Shown one piece after another: positions 11,593 to 26,075 of a stretch of DNA of 64,000 bases. The translations under genes were made by a program, and so were the position numbers. Below the pieces are notes generated by a model. It ran no database searches. It saw only the letters and a list, made by a program, of their open reading frames with translations, and was not told where the DNA came from. The first letter of the stretch is position 1. Each line of letters begins with the position of its first letter. The stretch comes from Adineta vaga (Eukaryota; Animalia; Rotifera). Where the stretch lies: contig CP075492.1 in NCBI GenBank assembly GCA_021613535.1, positions 1,116,001-1,180,000 on the forward strand, given 5' to 3'.

Positions 11593-14500
11593 TAAAATAT
11601 ATTGAAAGCTATTGTATCAATAAAATAAATTGCCGACAGGTGTCTTTGAATTCAGTATCCTCTACGTTGCTATGCCTTCCAAGTGTTTTAGACCCCTACT
11701 ATCTTATACCAAAATGTGTGCCGGAACGAGATCTATCGATGATAAAAGAATGAGGGTAGAATCTATTGCACAGCGCGACAAAAGTCCAAAATACTACCCA
11801 CCACACGACCCATTTTTCTCAGTTCTTAATGAATGTTTGACTTATAGCACTTTGTTTATCATATGTGTTATTATTATCCAAATAGAGTTAAATTGTAACG
11901 TGACACGCATTCTATTGATTGAAACGTCCCCGAGCTCGAACGATCAAGCCATTCCTGAGATGATCATAAAAAACTGAGATATTCTCAAAACACTGATTTT
12001 CAATAGCTAAAAATAGCCCCAAAAACTTGTGTTAAACGGCATTTTTCATAGGAGAGACTTAGAAGCTGAATATTTTGGATTTGTCTTTGGTTTATTGACA
12101 CCTTTCATTTTAGAAAACATAAAATCGAGAAAAAAGTTTTTTTCGCGACGCGATATGTATAGAGTTGTGGTCACCTGTGGCAGACCCTCTCTTAAATTCT
12201 CGTATTCATAATCAGTTATCCTCATCTTTATTTGTTCCTATGATCAGATACCCATAGTTTGAATCCAATTATCTTAAACATCGATGCGGCTGTTTGTCAG
12301 ATTCGAACCTGTCGCTTGTCGGCCTTTACTCAATGGAATTATTGGTCTATGTATACAAACACCATACTATGTCTGATTTTTGTGAAAAGAGTAAGTTTGA
12401 ATAACAAAGATGAGAGTAGAATCCGAAAGGTTGAATATATTTACTCTTGAAGTGATTACTTTAGCATAAAACTAGTGTCATTTATGATTTTCTCGATCTT
12501 GCAATAGTTGTGATGTTCTATTAGAATCACTATAGCGTTCTATAACTTGAATATTCTTTTATGTTTAGGATGATCGAATAATTTGATTGGTAAGTAAAAC
12601 AGCTATTAAACAAAATAATTCTATGTTTCTTCATTTAGCTAGTCGTAACATTAACTTCATTACTGAAATTGCTCAAGAATTGCGTCACGAAGAGTAAGCT
12701 ATACGATGGACGATCTATATTAAAAGTTAATTAAGCATTTGAACCTGTTCAGACCATACGAGACTATATTGCAGTGAGTGGTGGATACGAAATCCTTTTC
12801 TCTATCTTTGACAATTGGGTTTGTACGAAACCACAATCACGAAAGCATTTTTAATGCAGTTTTCAAAGGGATTTCAAATTCATTGCAAAATGGGGAATGC
12901 TTCTTTGATTTCGTATAAAAAAAACCTTTTTGTTTTCAGCGTAGCATTGTTCGTGTTCTTGGTACTCTCTTAATTTTAATAATTTACAACAACATTCAAT
13001 TCATACTGGCCATTGCTGATGTATTATTATTCTTTTTTTCTTTTTCTTTACTTTGTTTATTTCATTCTTTTCGCTTCAGTTCATTACACTTTTTTAACAA
13101 CTACATTCATTCTACTAGTTATTTTTAACTTATTATCGATTGCTGAAAAGAAAGAGTTGAGATTAGCAAATTGATTTGGATCTCAGATATCGAAGTCAAT
13201 TTGTTTTACTACTTATAACATATAAAAAAATCGTTGAATTCTGAGATGTGTCTGATAGTAAATGGTTTTCTCGGAGATTTAGTCTTAAAAATCAAAACTA
13301 GTGCTCTCAAAAAGTGATAAATCCAAGTAGATCATTATACTTGAACAAAGGGCATGCATAAATTATTACACCTACATTATATTGTTCGCGATCATAATTT
13401 ATCGATGAATAGATTTCTTGATAAAAATAGTGTTTAATTATCACTGATAACATGACATCAAATCAACTGCTTCTTTCAAATAATCATTTTTCTTTAAGAA
13501 GAAAAGAAATGTAGACACAATTGAATCATTAGATTTCTTTGAAGATAAACAAAGGCATTTGTAATTTCATAAATAAGTAGAAAGATATGATATATGTTTA
13601 ATGTTTATTCTTTGATATTTGATATAAGAATAATATTCCATACCAATCATCTTCGTTTATTCCAAGAGAAACATTCTTTTATTTAGTTTTTCTTCTCAAC
13701 TAATTGTTTTTATGAAATAATAATATATCATTTTATTTTTTCAAAAATAATAGGAAGTCTATTTACTTGAAGCAAAATTGTAGGTAAAGATTTCTTTTTC
13801 GAGTTAATATAAACCTAATTTATTCTTGATAGGTCTATTTCAGTTAGTTTGTTAGAGAAAATGTGAAGAATAATTGTTTATATAAATGTTTAACTCTATC
13901 AACATAAAAAAAGAATATCAATTATGTCAGATTTAATTCTACTAGAAAAAAGATTCATCATATATTCTTATCTTCGATGAATCTCTTGAAGATATCACGC
14001 ACACATTCATTCAATCGAAATTGTTCTAAAAATGATTAATCATGATTAGATCATCACTTTGTGTATAGCTTTTCTTCTAGATAATTAGTGATGCTTACTT
14101 ATAAAGATTTAAATAGGGAAAATGATATGTAGGCAATATACTCTCAATGCAAAGTGAGTAGAAGTAATAGAAAATAGAGTTGTTGAGATTGTTATTCTGC
14201 GGATATTTAAGTTTCAGAAGAGGTTTTTTCTAATATATAGTTGGTTGCTAAGATAATTATATTTAATTATTTTACGGCTCAGCATCGATGAACAACTAAA
14301 GAAATAAGATTGCTTTCAAAAAACATCATACCGTCATTCTATTGTCAATAGAAATATCATTTTGCTAAATATCATTCATAAGGTAGAAAATAGTTTTGAG
14401 TGGATGTTGGTATGGAATGAGGCCGAGGATGAGTTACAAAGATTACAGCAGTCGCGCCAATACCCATAGAATATCCGTAACATAGTTTTAGATTGTCCAA

Positions 14501-14610
14501 TTCGATATTGACGAAAACTCAATGGTTTCTGAGGGTTAGCAAATTAGGAAGGTAGTTTTCAAAAGGCTTGTCTAGATCGAAAGTGTCTAAGATTTTCTGA
14601 GGAACGAATT

Positions 14611-14660
14611 TCTTTTAGAGTGCACCCCAGTTCGCCCCACACTCACGCCCACCCTAAAGA
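14611..14660. repeat. Degenerate telomere-like hairpin
   Basis: TCTTTTAGAGTG...CCCACACTCACGCCCACCCTAAAGA. Confidence 0.55.
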
Positions 14661-15477
14661 AGTTTTTTTTCTCTCTATTCTGCATTTTTCCTTTCCTTTT
14701 GTTTACATCCGTTTTTACTTTTTCTTAAATAAAAAGTGTTGTCAATAGAGAGTTTAGACTGTAGTATCTGAACAATTGATGCTAAACTTTTTCAAACTAA
14801 AAAAATTTGTTTTTTTCTTTTCTTTTCTCTCATGTTTTATAAAAAGTAACGACAGATGAGTTTTTTTTCACCTTGTTTCTCACTTATTCAACCATGCCTA
14901 CGTCTGTTTTACAATCTTGCTGATGCTAAAGACAAACATGTAGAGAAGAAAAAAGAGACGGACATAGGTGGATAGTCAACCAAATCCGTCACACATTTCT
15001 CCGTTATACATGCCTTTCTTAGGTTGTAGTGAATGCTTGCCAAAGAATAGAATGATGAATTTTGAATTCGAAAGCTTTGCACTAGTCAATATTTTTTTCT
15101 TAGATATTTTCTTGTAACAATTTAGAAGATTGTATATTGATTGTTGTGAGGAAAAAGTGAAATTTGCTTCGTAATTATAACAGGAACCATCATACGCTAG
15201 TCACGAGCGGAATTGTTTAATGGTGGATAATAGATTTGACAGAAGTTTCAAAGATGAAAAGAAGAGTTCACAGACGAATAAGTGGAGAGTAACAGGCCAT
15301 ACGGTTCGGCCTCTCCAAAATGCAGTCTTATCTTATTCCCGCGGTTGAAATCAGGGTGCATCTCACACATCCCTAATTTCCTGGATACATCACACATTGC
15401 TACATTTGAATATTGTTTCTTTTTGTCAAGAAGTATTATTTTAGTCTAACGATTTTTTTTCTTCAGGCGCCCTTCAT

Positions 15478-18400
15478 ATGGCACGTAACTTGAGACATCG
15501 TTTGTGGGAATCATTTCTTCGGCTAAATCTTTTCAAGAAAACTTCGAGCGATGATCAGACTCTTTCAAAGGAACATATTGCTACTCGCATATATATATGT
15601 TTATTATCTGTATGTGTAGTGGCAATTACAGTTTTTGCTGCATTTATGATTCGAACTGTTGAGAAAACTGAATATGCACCTTCTCAATCAAGATTTTTAC
15701 AATTAACACATAATTATCCAAATACTCTGCATTGTCCATGCTCAAGATCTGATATTACTTATAACACATTTGTCAGTGCCAAAGTCAATTTTCATCATGT
15801 TTGTTCAAGTCAGTTTACTCAACAAATATGGATTGATATGATATTCACAAATGAAAATATTTCGGTCGAGTCTACAGATGATTTTCGTGTTACTCTTAGT
15901 TTCTTCTGGCAAATCATTGCAGGCTTATGTGTCACGAGTAAAAGAAGTTGGGATGATGCTGTTGCAAGTTTTGGTGTATCAAGCATTCTCACTCCAACAG
16001 CCATTGTCGAAGACATCGTTCGAACTCAAGTGCAGACAACACTGAACGAACAGATTGTACTATCTCAAGCAGCAGTAGCTCGTGATTTACTTGCTATTCG
16101 ACGCATGACAAGTGGAAATCAAATTGTATCAGGTTTACAAACAAATTTTTATTTGCGTTATCCACCAGAGGGTTTTGGCTCTACATATGCTACTAAAATG
16201 ACAACTCGAGTGTTCAACGATTGTTCCTGCTTGAGGATCGAAGGTTGTCCACACCCTGCCACTTTCAAAGACAGCCATGGCCATTTGGTCACTGTTCAAG
16301 GAATGATAATGGATTGTTTGATGGTCGATGCTGCACTCGCTTCGACACTCGAATGCTATTATAATCAGACATGTCTTTCTCTCTTGCATCAGCCATTACC
16401 GCTAGATATAAAACCATTGTCGAACAGTTCACTCATACATTTTTCTACACAATCAACTGTGCAAATGCTTTTGGATGAATTGATGATTGACCAAACGATA
16501 AGCAATATCCGCTTCGATTTGTATTATACTCAATGTAATCCTGCTTATTGTTCATATTCTTATACACATCGTTTTGATATTCTTTTTATGTTTACTACAA
16601 TTATTGGTATCTTCGGCGGACTGTCACTCGTCATAAAACTACTTGCACCTTTGATTGCAACAGTTATACTGCGTCGCAAAAATCCAGTTTTATTAGTCGA
16701 AAACGTGACGTATGTACGAGCACCACAACAATATCGGCGTAAGTTATAATTCACTTTTATCGATTTTTTTAAGTAGATCTAAAAAAGTATAACATCTAAT
16801 TTATAGTGAGGACACTAGAGCTCTTCGGTTTCTTGTAAAATCTTGAGGGGTGGGTGTTTGTCTAGGTGATAGTTGAGCAGGTGGCTGAGACAAGGCCATG
16901 TTAATCTCTTGTGACGATGGAATATCTTATGATTCTGTTCTGAGAAATACAAACGTATTTAACAAAAATTCTGTGAGTTTTCGAGCGCGCTGATATTTTA
17001 ATTAGTCTTTTTTTCAATTTATGTTAAATCATTAAGCGTTTCTGGGTTACTCGAAGAGGGAACCTGAAAGTTATACCCACTAATTCTCTTCACTCCTACT
17101 TTCACACACTGCAGCTCACTATTAGGAGCCTCAGGGTTCTTGTTCCTCGGGATTCTATTTCTGCCCGAAACACGAACACATCCGAAAAATCGTCTTTATG
17201 CATGCATCTTTGTACATGCATATGCTTGGGTATATCTTTTCTTTCGTTCTGTGACAAGTCACTATAGAGTCTTGGGTTTCCTGGGAACAGGAAACCGCAC
17301 TGATTTTTGTCTTCATAAGAGAAGAGCTCGAAACTGAGACTCTCACTCACACATCCATATCGGTTTACTTTCAGCAACGACAAAGAAGTTTAAATGGTAC
17401 AGATAATTTTTGTCGCCGCTGTCTGTTCTTCACGTAACAACAATCGAATTTGATTTCAGTGCTTGTGTACTACCGAGTAACATTTTCTGGTGAAAGATGA
17501 AGGTTTAGAAAAAAGAGGATAATGATTCTGACTCGGAGACGGACTCAGAAGCTATTTAATCATATTACATATTGTCGATTATTTTCGTAATTGTAAGAAT
17601 GATTTTCAAAACGAATGACAGTTCAGAAAGGCTCCATAAGGTTTATCCACCTTCATATATGTTCGAATATCTTCGATATTTGTTCAGGGTGCATCAGAGC
17701 CTTAAGTTTTCAGGTGAGTTTTGCGATACACGATATAAAAGGAGTGTTGACATGTGTAGAGATATAAATTTGCCCCTTTCCCCGGCGGGTAGCCATGTAA
17801 CGAATTTTTTTTGTTGAGCTCTCGTTTTCTCAGCAGTATTATAATATGGTATCGATTTTATTTGTAGTTCATATTGTATGGGAACGCGTTCTTTATTTAT
17901 CAAATTACATTCAACAAACAATTGTTTCTTTGAATCTTTTTGAGAATCCAACGCCGCGTATACCTATCAACATTCATCGTGAACAACGTTTAACATGGTT
18001 CTTCATTCTTCTTATCGCTATTTCCTCTATGGCGGTTGGATTTTATATATTTTTTGTTGAACAAAATCAAGTGGTTACAATTGCACATCCATCCCTTGCT
18101 ACCTATCAACAATTGTATAATGATCATCCAAATACATTACAATGTCCTTGCTCACAAATATCTATTCCACATAAAGCGTTTCTCAATGTAACATTTGTTG
18201 TACATCAGATATGTTCGAGTGATCTGATCTCACCAATATGGTTAAACTATCTGGCATCGTTTGATCCGACTCTTGTACCGGCATGGACAGAACAAGACTT
18301 TGCTTTCGACTTTCGTACGGTGGGTGCTTCGTATTTTCAACTTTTAGCTTCTTTCTGCTCAATGGTTCAGATCAACATTGCCGATGCCCAACGTATATTT

Positions 18401-21347
18401 ACCAACACACACTTCATTAATGATCGCGTTCTTGCTCCACCGCTCTTCGCTAAAAAGACTGAGGCTATGATAGATTCCTTTATCAACACAACGCGGAACA
18501 ACTTTGTTCGCACATTCAACTGGGTTAGCATTGCTTTTATCGCCAGTCAGTTTTTCACTGGAGGAAACGTTAATTTTGATATTACTACAGATGAGGATGG
18601 TCAAGTCCATGCTGAGTTTACTGTACGTTCACTCCTTGTTGAAATATCAGACACATCACTGTTTTTTTCGGGACCCTGTGCATGTGGGCAAAGATATTTG
18701 GAGTGCTTCGTTGTACCTGTATTATTTACAAATGCATCATATCTTAATCAATCTGGACTGTATTTATTCTTTCAAGTGATAAACATCGGATGTACACCGT
18801 TAGCTGGATTTATCAGTTCGAAGATCGCGTGGTGGTACAACATCACATATCTGCGATACATCCAAGAAACGTACTCCATCGTCATTAACTCGCAATCGCC
18901 ACCTAACATCGAAGCCCTCAGTGCATCAATACCTACTAACTTTGAAGATGTAGAAACGATCAGTTTAATCCGTGAAATGCTGTTAGAAACAACGATAAAG
19001 AACAATACGCGTTTCGATCAATTCTATAGTGAATGTGCACCTCTCGCTTGTTCATACACAAATGTTCAACGTCGTGAAATTATTGTGGTATTGCTTCTTC
19101 TTATAGCTATATGTGGTGGTCTCTACACAGGTTTTCAAATAATTGTACCGTTGTTTGGCAAACTTCTTTTCTGTTGTATTGATTGGTGGAAAAATCGACA
19201 TATTCAACACGGTGAGTGCTACAATGATTTTTATCAGTGCTGCTTTGAAAGTGATATAAATGAAACCGAAAAATGTAAAGATGAGTGAATTAAAACGTAA
19301 ATCTCACTAATTATCTGTAGACAGATACTTTCATACAAGACTTCACATTTTCATAGCAAGCCTAGTGAGATATTTTATGTGTTGTATGGAAAATTTTCAA
19401 ATTAAAGATATAAACATAGTATTTTTCGGGTAATCAGAATATAACATTTTGGAGGTATCTGGAGACAGCAACGCACTTTCTTTAAACACAAAAACACATA
19501 ATTCAATTCGTTCTCTTTCATGTATAACATACAGTTATACGGTAAAATGTGGATTGTAAAAAAATGCAAACATCACCGATAAAAACAATCTTTTTATTGT
19601 CGTTGAATAATCTTATGAAATATGTCTCCGCCTTTTTAAACTTATGACAATATGTTTGTGTCGATCTTTCCATCATTTCGAAATGGTTTTATTTACAACA
19701 AATGTTGTTGATTTGATTTTATACGTATTTTTTCTAGTACTACCATCAATGAGCGCTCGTCTCAAACATCTTTTAAACGTTACTTATCAATCAATCAAAA
19801 GTATTAATAAGTTTGCGACTGCAACAACTGATGAGCGTTCCATACATCAACAGCAAATATATACTCGAGTTTACTTAGTTCTTTATATAAGCTCTCTTAG
19901 TGTGCTGCTCTTTTATACAGCTATTGTTGAACGTACTATCACCAAAACTTATTTATTATCTTCGATTACGGATTATGAACATCTGGTGAATCTCTATTCA
20001 TATGACGTCAGCTGTCCCTGCACGCATATATCGATTCCTTACAGTGACTTTATCATCGAACTACGAGTGAACGCATACCATGAAGTATGCGTAACGAATG
20101 CGATCGAGTTTATTTTGACATCAGGTAATGTAATGATCTACTTGATATTAGTCTGAAAGGATATTTTCAATTACTGACATAACCTGTAAATATCAGAGAT
20201 TCAAATGCAATTCACTAACAGACATTGTAAAGAAATTGATACACAACAAAATGTTATATTCTTTGTAATATTAGATTTATCGGAACACTTTATTCAGCAT
20301 ATTACTTCTAAACAAATAAAATCCAACGAAACATAAGTGCAAGATACATAACTGAGCAGTACAAAGTAGTCTTCTGAATTTAATCACTCTGATAGAATAG
20401 TAGCAAATGTTTAAACCTTGACATATCTATGATATATCTTTGTAGACGTTATATACTTTCCTGGTGAGGATGTTCAAAGCACAAGTAGTTTCTTATCGTG
20501 GAAGTTATTCTTTATCGACTCTCTCAAACAACTTTGTTCGTTGGCACAAGAAAGTGTCAACAATAGTATTGACGTATTTCTTACTTCCACTTTGCTCACC
20601 AGTCACCTTAAGTCTCCTGTTCGATTCATGGACGAAATGAACGAGACTTTAAATCAGTTCCAAAAACGAATACCAAATGCATTTGCACAAACGTTAGATC
20701 TTATTCGAATAACTGCACAAGGAAACGCTCTTCTAGCTATGTTTTCATCAAACTGGGATTTCGCAGTGGCTGAAAAAGACCGCGGAAGAAATGTTTCGTT
20801 TCTTAATGTACCTGTCATTCATAAAAATATTGAACAAAATACAAGTTGTTCTTGTGTCACTTTACGAACTTGTACAATACCACTACAAATTAATAGTGAT
20901 TATGGAATGGCTAGTGTTGATGGCATGGTATTTGGTTGTTATTTGCTGGAGACAGTACTCCTTTCATCGATGGCTTGTTTCTATTCTGAAACATGCATCA
21001 CCAACGTTCGAGATTCACTAGGTTCATTTCCTTTTACTCCAGAAGGTTTTGTCAAGCTGAACGATTCATCGGTACGATTCAGTATCAATGACACAATCGA
21101 GACAATGGCTTACGAACTATTTATCGAAGCATGGACGAGAAATGTATCTTATGAAAGATTTTTTAATAGTTGTTCTCCAAATTATTGTATTTATACGTAT
21201 CATTATCAATTTGATGCACTTGAACTGTTAATGACATTTCTAAGCGTGTTTTCTGGTCTATCTCGTGGAATTCAGTTCGTTGTTCCTCATCTGATCAAAA
21301 TATTAAAAAATATTAAACGTCGCTTTCGTATCACGCCACTTCAATGA
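15478..21347 (+). CDS. Membrane protein of three tandem (TM - Cys-rich ectodomain - TM) units; exons 15478-16738, 17868-19211, 19738-20124, 20446-21347; about 1297 aa
   Basis: All three introns are phase 1 with GT-AG ends and join the listed ORFs in frame (3894 nt in total). Each unit repeats LNLF/INKF, T-x-x-(Y/F) plus TM1, CPC(S/T), an internal CxC, CxPxxCxY and a TM2 with (G/S)GL. An acceptor at 15466 suggests an unidentified upstream or UTR exon. Confidence 0.82.
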
Positions 21348-21611
21348 TTTTATATTCGTCAAATTTGCTTTAAATTGTTTTACTAAAAACATATAAATGA
21401 CTCTTATCTATATATTCAAGTAATTCGTTTGTTCAGAAGTTTCGATTCTTTTTTTTAATAAATATTATTATCCAAGCTCTATTCGACTACCTTTCTGCTA
21501 TTAAAGCCACACTTTTCAATTTCGGATCACAGTATCAAATATTTCATCAAGTTATGATACAAAATGCATGTTTACGATAAACAATGAACTAAAGTGTGAA
21601 TTATCCTTACA

Positions 21612-21670
21612 TTTTGAAGGTGAGGGTATAGGTGAAGAATATATACCCATACGCACACCCACACCCAAAA
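21612..21670. repeat. Inverted telomere-like repeat hairpin
   Basis: TTTTGAAGGTGAGGGTATAGGTG-spacer-TACCCATACGCACACCCACACCCAAAA. Confidence 0.75.
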
Positions 21671-22185
21671 TTCTCAATGAATTAAAACGATTGAAGGTCA
21701 ATTCTTCGTTATCATAGTAAAATCGTGAATTGAATTGTTATGATTCAAAGGAAAAAAGCAGAATCATGTATTGAATATTCGAATCATGACTCATGTTCTT
21801 TAAGAAATATACTAAGAAACAATAAATTAGCATGATCATCTCAATAAAGTCAATATGAATCTGAAATGTCGGTTGATACTTAATAAGATTCTTTGTACTC
21901 GAAGTTCATGTGATACACATAATCAACATTATATTGTGCGTGAAAGATAATTTATTCAGATACAAAATAACACAAATACCAGATGATCGATTGATTGCTT
22001 CAACATTTCCTGTTTATACTCACCTTATTTGAATCATGATATATTTTACTTTTTTAAACTATAATAATGTATAAAGAACAACATGAATTACGAAATTTGT
22101 ATGCGGGAAGAAATGTGATGTTTCGAATTCTCACAATAAGAAAGTTTGCATTGAGATGATAAAGAAAATTTCATGCTATTAGTTT

Positions 22186-23933
22186 TCAAGTGAGCACCGT
22201 CGCCATTGTTCGTTGAAGTAAACGTGAAATAATCGTTCCTACTCGAAATAGATTAGCTGGTTCAACAGGATGTCGACATAATGGACATGTATTAGCCGTT
22301 CGTAAAGCGTCTAACATACAATCGAAGTGAAATTGATGTCTACCTGGACATGGCCATTGCCTGTAGAATCGATTTGATTGAAAATTTTCCAGACATATCG
22401 AACAATTTTCTAAAAGCATTTCCTTTGTAGCTATTTGTGGGCCAGTCAAACGAAATTGTGCGATAAATTCAGGTGATGCTGATGTAATTCGTTCCCAAAT
22501 TCTACCAATGTCATGTTCATATATACGCTGCTGATATTCAGTTTCTAGATAAATCAGAAAATTTAAATGACGTTGTTGTTCTTGTTGTTGTTGTTGTAGA
22601 GCTCGTTTCTGTTCGAAGCTAAAAGAAAACACGTCAATTGAAATTTGTTTTATCTGTTTTTTATTTAAACATACCAAACTCGGTACTCTTCATTCAAAAA
22701 CATTAAACGTCCATGTAACCATTTCGCTGATGAAGAATAACAATTATTCATAAAGAAGGGAAAAGAAATATATTCATGATCAACTATGATCCAATAATTT
22801 TGTACATCTTTGATTGTATGAAGAGGAATGAGTAAAAATGGAACATTTTCATAAAATTTTTCTAAAATGTTTGGAGAATTTTCATCGAAATTAACTAAAA
22901 ACATGAGAAGATATTTCTCACGAAGTATAAATAGACAATCATGATAATTATTCTGATAGGTTGTTTCCATCAGAAGATTATCTAGATCCTCCAAAGAAAT
23001 GATGTCTGTTTTATTTAATTGTTGCATTGCTAATAAATTTTGATTTGATGAAGATAATGGAGTAAGAATAGTTGTAAAGAATTGTTTTATATGAAGTAAA
23101 TTCTTCAATACGAAATAAATAAAAAGAGCAACAAATAGATAAGAAAAATAAGGAGTATAATAATATGAACTATCAAATAATCGAACATCATCATCTAGAG
23201 CATGACGAGTACCATAAACAATTCCTGGAAATTCATTTACATTTTTCGGTTTATAAAATGTTCCAACAATAACACCACATTTGGACATAAATGTTGTAGT
23301 AAATATTTGTGAATTTTGACGATAAAGATTTTCAATCTTCGTCATATACATTGATTTTTCATACCAGGTGGAAATTTCTACTGGAGAAACTTCTAAGTGT
23401 TTGACAATACATCGTAAAGTGTTAATATTCAAAGATTGAAAATTATATAAATGATGTACATCATATTTTGAGTGTTCGTATGAGCCAAATTTTAGATAAA
23501 GACGTTTATATCGTGTAGTAATGGTTGGTTGAATGACTTGATTATATGTGTATGTTACTCGACCATATGGCTCTTGACGATAGGTGTGCTGGAATGAACT
23601 ATCATGGTAATGATTAATACAATTTTCACCTAATTCAATTTGAATATATTCCGGTTGAAAGAAAAAGCAATGGAATGAAAAATAGGATTTAAAACCAAAT
23701 AGATTGTAATTTTTATCTAAATAAGTTTGAAATTGTTGTGTATTCATTGAAAATGGTCCTTTCCATGCATTGTAAATACGATTATGACATTGAAATAACA
23801 TCAAAATGAGAAAAGGACAAAATAGACAGCACCATTTCATGAGAATGCATCTAAACATTTCCTTTCTATGGGCTTTTAAGCGTTGCTTATCAATACTCTG
23901 TAATAGAGATAAACACGAAACTCTCATTCTCAC
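22186..23933 (-). CDS. Membrane-associated RING-H2 E3 ligase-like protein; 2 exons (23933-22675, 22618-22186)
   Basis: A 56-bp phase-2 intron (TG|gtatgt...tttag|C) joins the two ORFs. C-terminal CSICLENF...PCPGRHQFHFDC...CPLCR. Hydrophobic segments near the N-terminus and mid-protein. Start codon uncertain. Confidence 0.8.
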
Positions 23934-24658
23934 TATTTTTATAGTTTTGCGTCACTTGTATGTCGAAAGAAATGAAAGTGAAAGAAAAGTTGTCAGTTAT
24001 TGACACACATTTTATAAAGCAATCAAAATGCAATCCTCTATAATGATCAAAAGATTTTTTCGAGTTTGATAGAGAGCGCATATTAACCATAGTAGAAGCA
24101 AAGACAATTCACTTTTTTCTCCAGTTTATGATTAAAAATATGAATGTTTTTCTTTTTACATTTCATTCGTGCTCTCACATGTACACATCGTAACTGATGT
24201 ACAAGGCAGTGCTGTTGTTCGATCGTTAATTGTACATGAAATATTAGAAGATCCAGAAAAATTTGTTGGTAAAGATATTTCTATCTGTAGTGAAAAAATT
24301 CGTTTTTGAATATGTTTCAAACGTATTTCGTGGAGCAACAAGGTTTCTACTAAAATCAGTTCAAGATGATCTTTTCTATATGCAAAAGTGATTTAAACAA
24401 TATGATGATTTTGATGCAATATTGACGACGTTGTATTTCATCTTTTTATAGTTCTTTTTCTAACGCTTTGAGTTAAATACTGATGTTCTTTTTCTTCTTA
24501 TTATACTTTTCACATCATGCGATGTAATAAAGTAATTCATTTAACTTCAGGTGTATCTAATCAAATGATGTGAAAACGCCTATGAACAAATCATTAGATA
24601 TTCTTCAGAAAAAGTTTTTGCTTCTTTGTCAAAAATAGTAACATTACTCAGTAGTTCA

Positions 24659-25689
24659 TCATGTTCTACTCGACATAGCTTCGGGTACAACTTGATTTTG
24701 TCGTTTATCTTGAAAATGAACTTCAAGGACAACATATTTCAATTGTCGACGAAATCGTTTTGAAACACAAATATATGTATAAAATGGTGTCTAAACAAAC
24801 AAAATAATATTTGTGATGATATTTGATTGAGAGAAAGATTCTTACCGAAAATCCTATATAGGAAAAATAAAGTAATATAGCATTTGCAAAATTCACTCTT
24901 GATTGAAAATCGAAATCAATGACATTCATAGTAATAAGTGAATACATAATTATGATAGAATATGGTAAAAATGTACAAAAACTAATGAGAACTTGTATGA
25001 GAACCATTGCTGTAAGTTGTTTGTCTAATTCACGACGAACAACTGGAACAGTTCGATATGCAGTATTTCTCACATTTAAAAAAGCCAATAGACCAAATAT
25101 AACTGTTAACATAGGAATTAAATTACTTAGAGTAAGAAGATAAACATAAGTGAAATAATTGATAAGTATAGGATTTGTCATTTGACAAAGTGTTTGATTT
25201 GTTGATGAAGATGTTATATGAGTATAATAAATGAAATATGGAATACTATGAAATAGCCAGAATATAATAACGATTGTCATTAGACGATGAGCTAATTTAA
25301 TATTTGCCCATTGTTGCCATCGTTGTCGAATTGATGTAGCAAAATATTGATCAAGAATAGCCAAACATAAACATGTCATTGAACATGATATACAAATATG
25401 AAAAATACCAATACTTAATTTACAAAAAGCAAATGATGAAACTCTCCAATCAATACGAAATCCAAGCCAGAGAATTTGTCCTAATATAGTTGAAAAATCG
25501 ACCGAGATCAAAAATTGACATGAAGAGAAGATAAAATGCACATGAACTTTGTCGAAAAGTTTTTAAACTAAGAAAAACAATGATATTAAGACATGCACCG
25601 ATGACACCTAATGTACTATTTGAAATCGCATAGAAATAAGTCAATTGTTGTAATGTATAACTAAATGATGGAACGAGTAAAGCAGCCAT
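24659..25689 (-). CDS. Divergent rhodopsin-like GPCR with one frameshift near 25493-25497 (pseudogene or assembly indel); last exon 24790-24659
   Basis: TM1-2 lie in the 25689 ORF and TM3-7 in the 25541 ORF frame; restoring one base gives DLGRFFSTILGQ. LAILDQY is the DRY equivalent. Intron 24845-24791, then TPFYTYICVSKRFRRQL. Confidence 0.75.
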
Positions 25690-26075
25690 TTATGAATTTG
25701 AACAGATTCTACAAAGATTAATGTCGAATTAACTTCAACGTTATAAGTGATGCAACTGTTTATATAGCTTCTTTTAGATAAGCGGCTAAAGAAAATCAAC
25801 TCTTTTTTTTGTAATTAAAAGTTTTAATTTTCTTTCTCTATATTTTTATTGGATGAAATGCAAGAAGAATGGTAGTAGAAAAAGAACTTTCCTTCTTTTA
25901 TCAATGATAAAACATCTAGATCTTCTTTGTTTTTCTTATTAATTAAAAATATATTCTCTTACAGAAAATGATGAAAAATTTTATTGAAATTTTTTTTTAT
26001 TAAATTACATTTTTATCTCCAAAGATTAACTATAAAATAAGAAATATTGTCAAAACATCAAGAAGTCATAGAGTA

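Noticed and set aside
11535-12450. Short ORFs and transposon-like non-coding fragments upstream of the mannosidase
   Set aside because: No recognisable protein motifs. The 11535 ORF merely translates the hairpin (HPHPHP), and element boundaries cannot be defined.
17100-17820. GC-richer block with overlapping short ORFs inside intron 1 of the three-unit gene
   Set aside because: Probably a decayed insertion, but no motif, TIR or TSD could be identified.
24156-24440. Coding-like minus-strand fragment (LLHEIRLKHIQKRIFSLQIEISLP)
   Set aside because: Interrupted by stops upstream and not assignable to a family.
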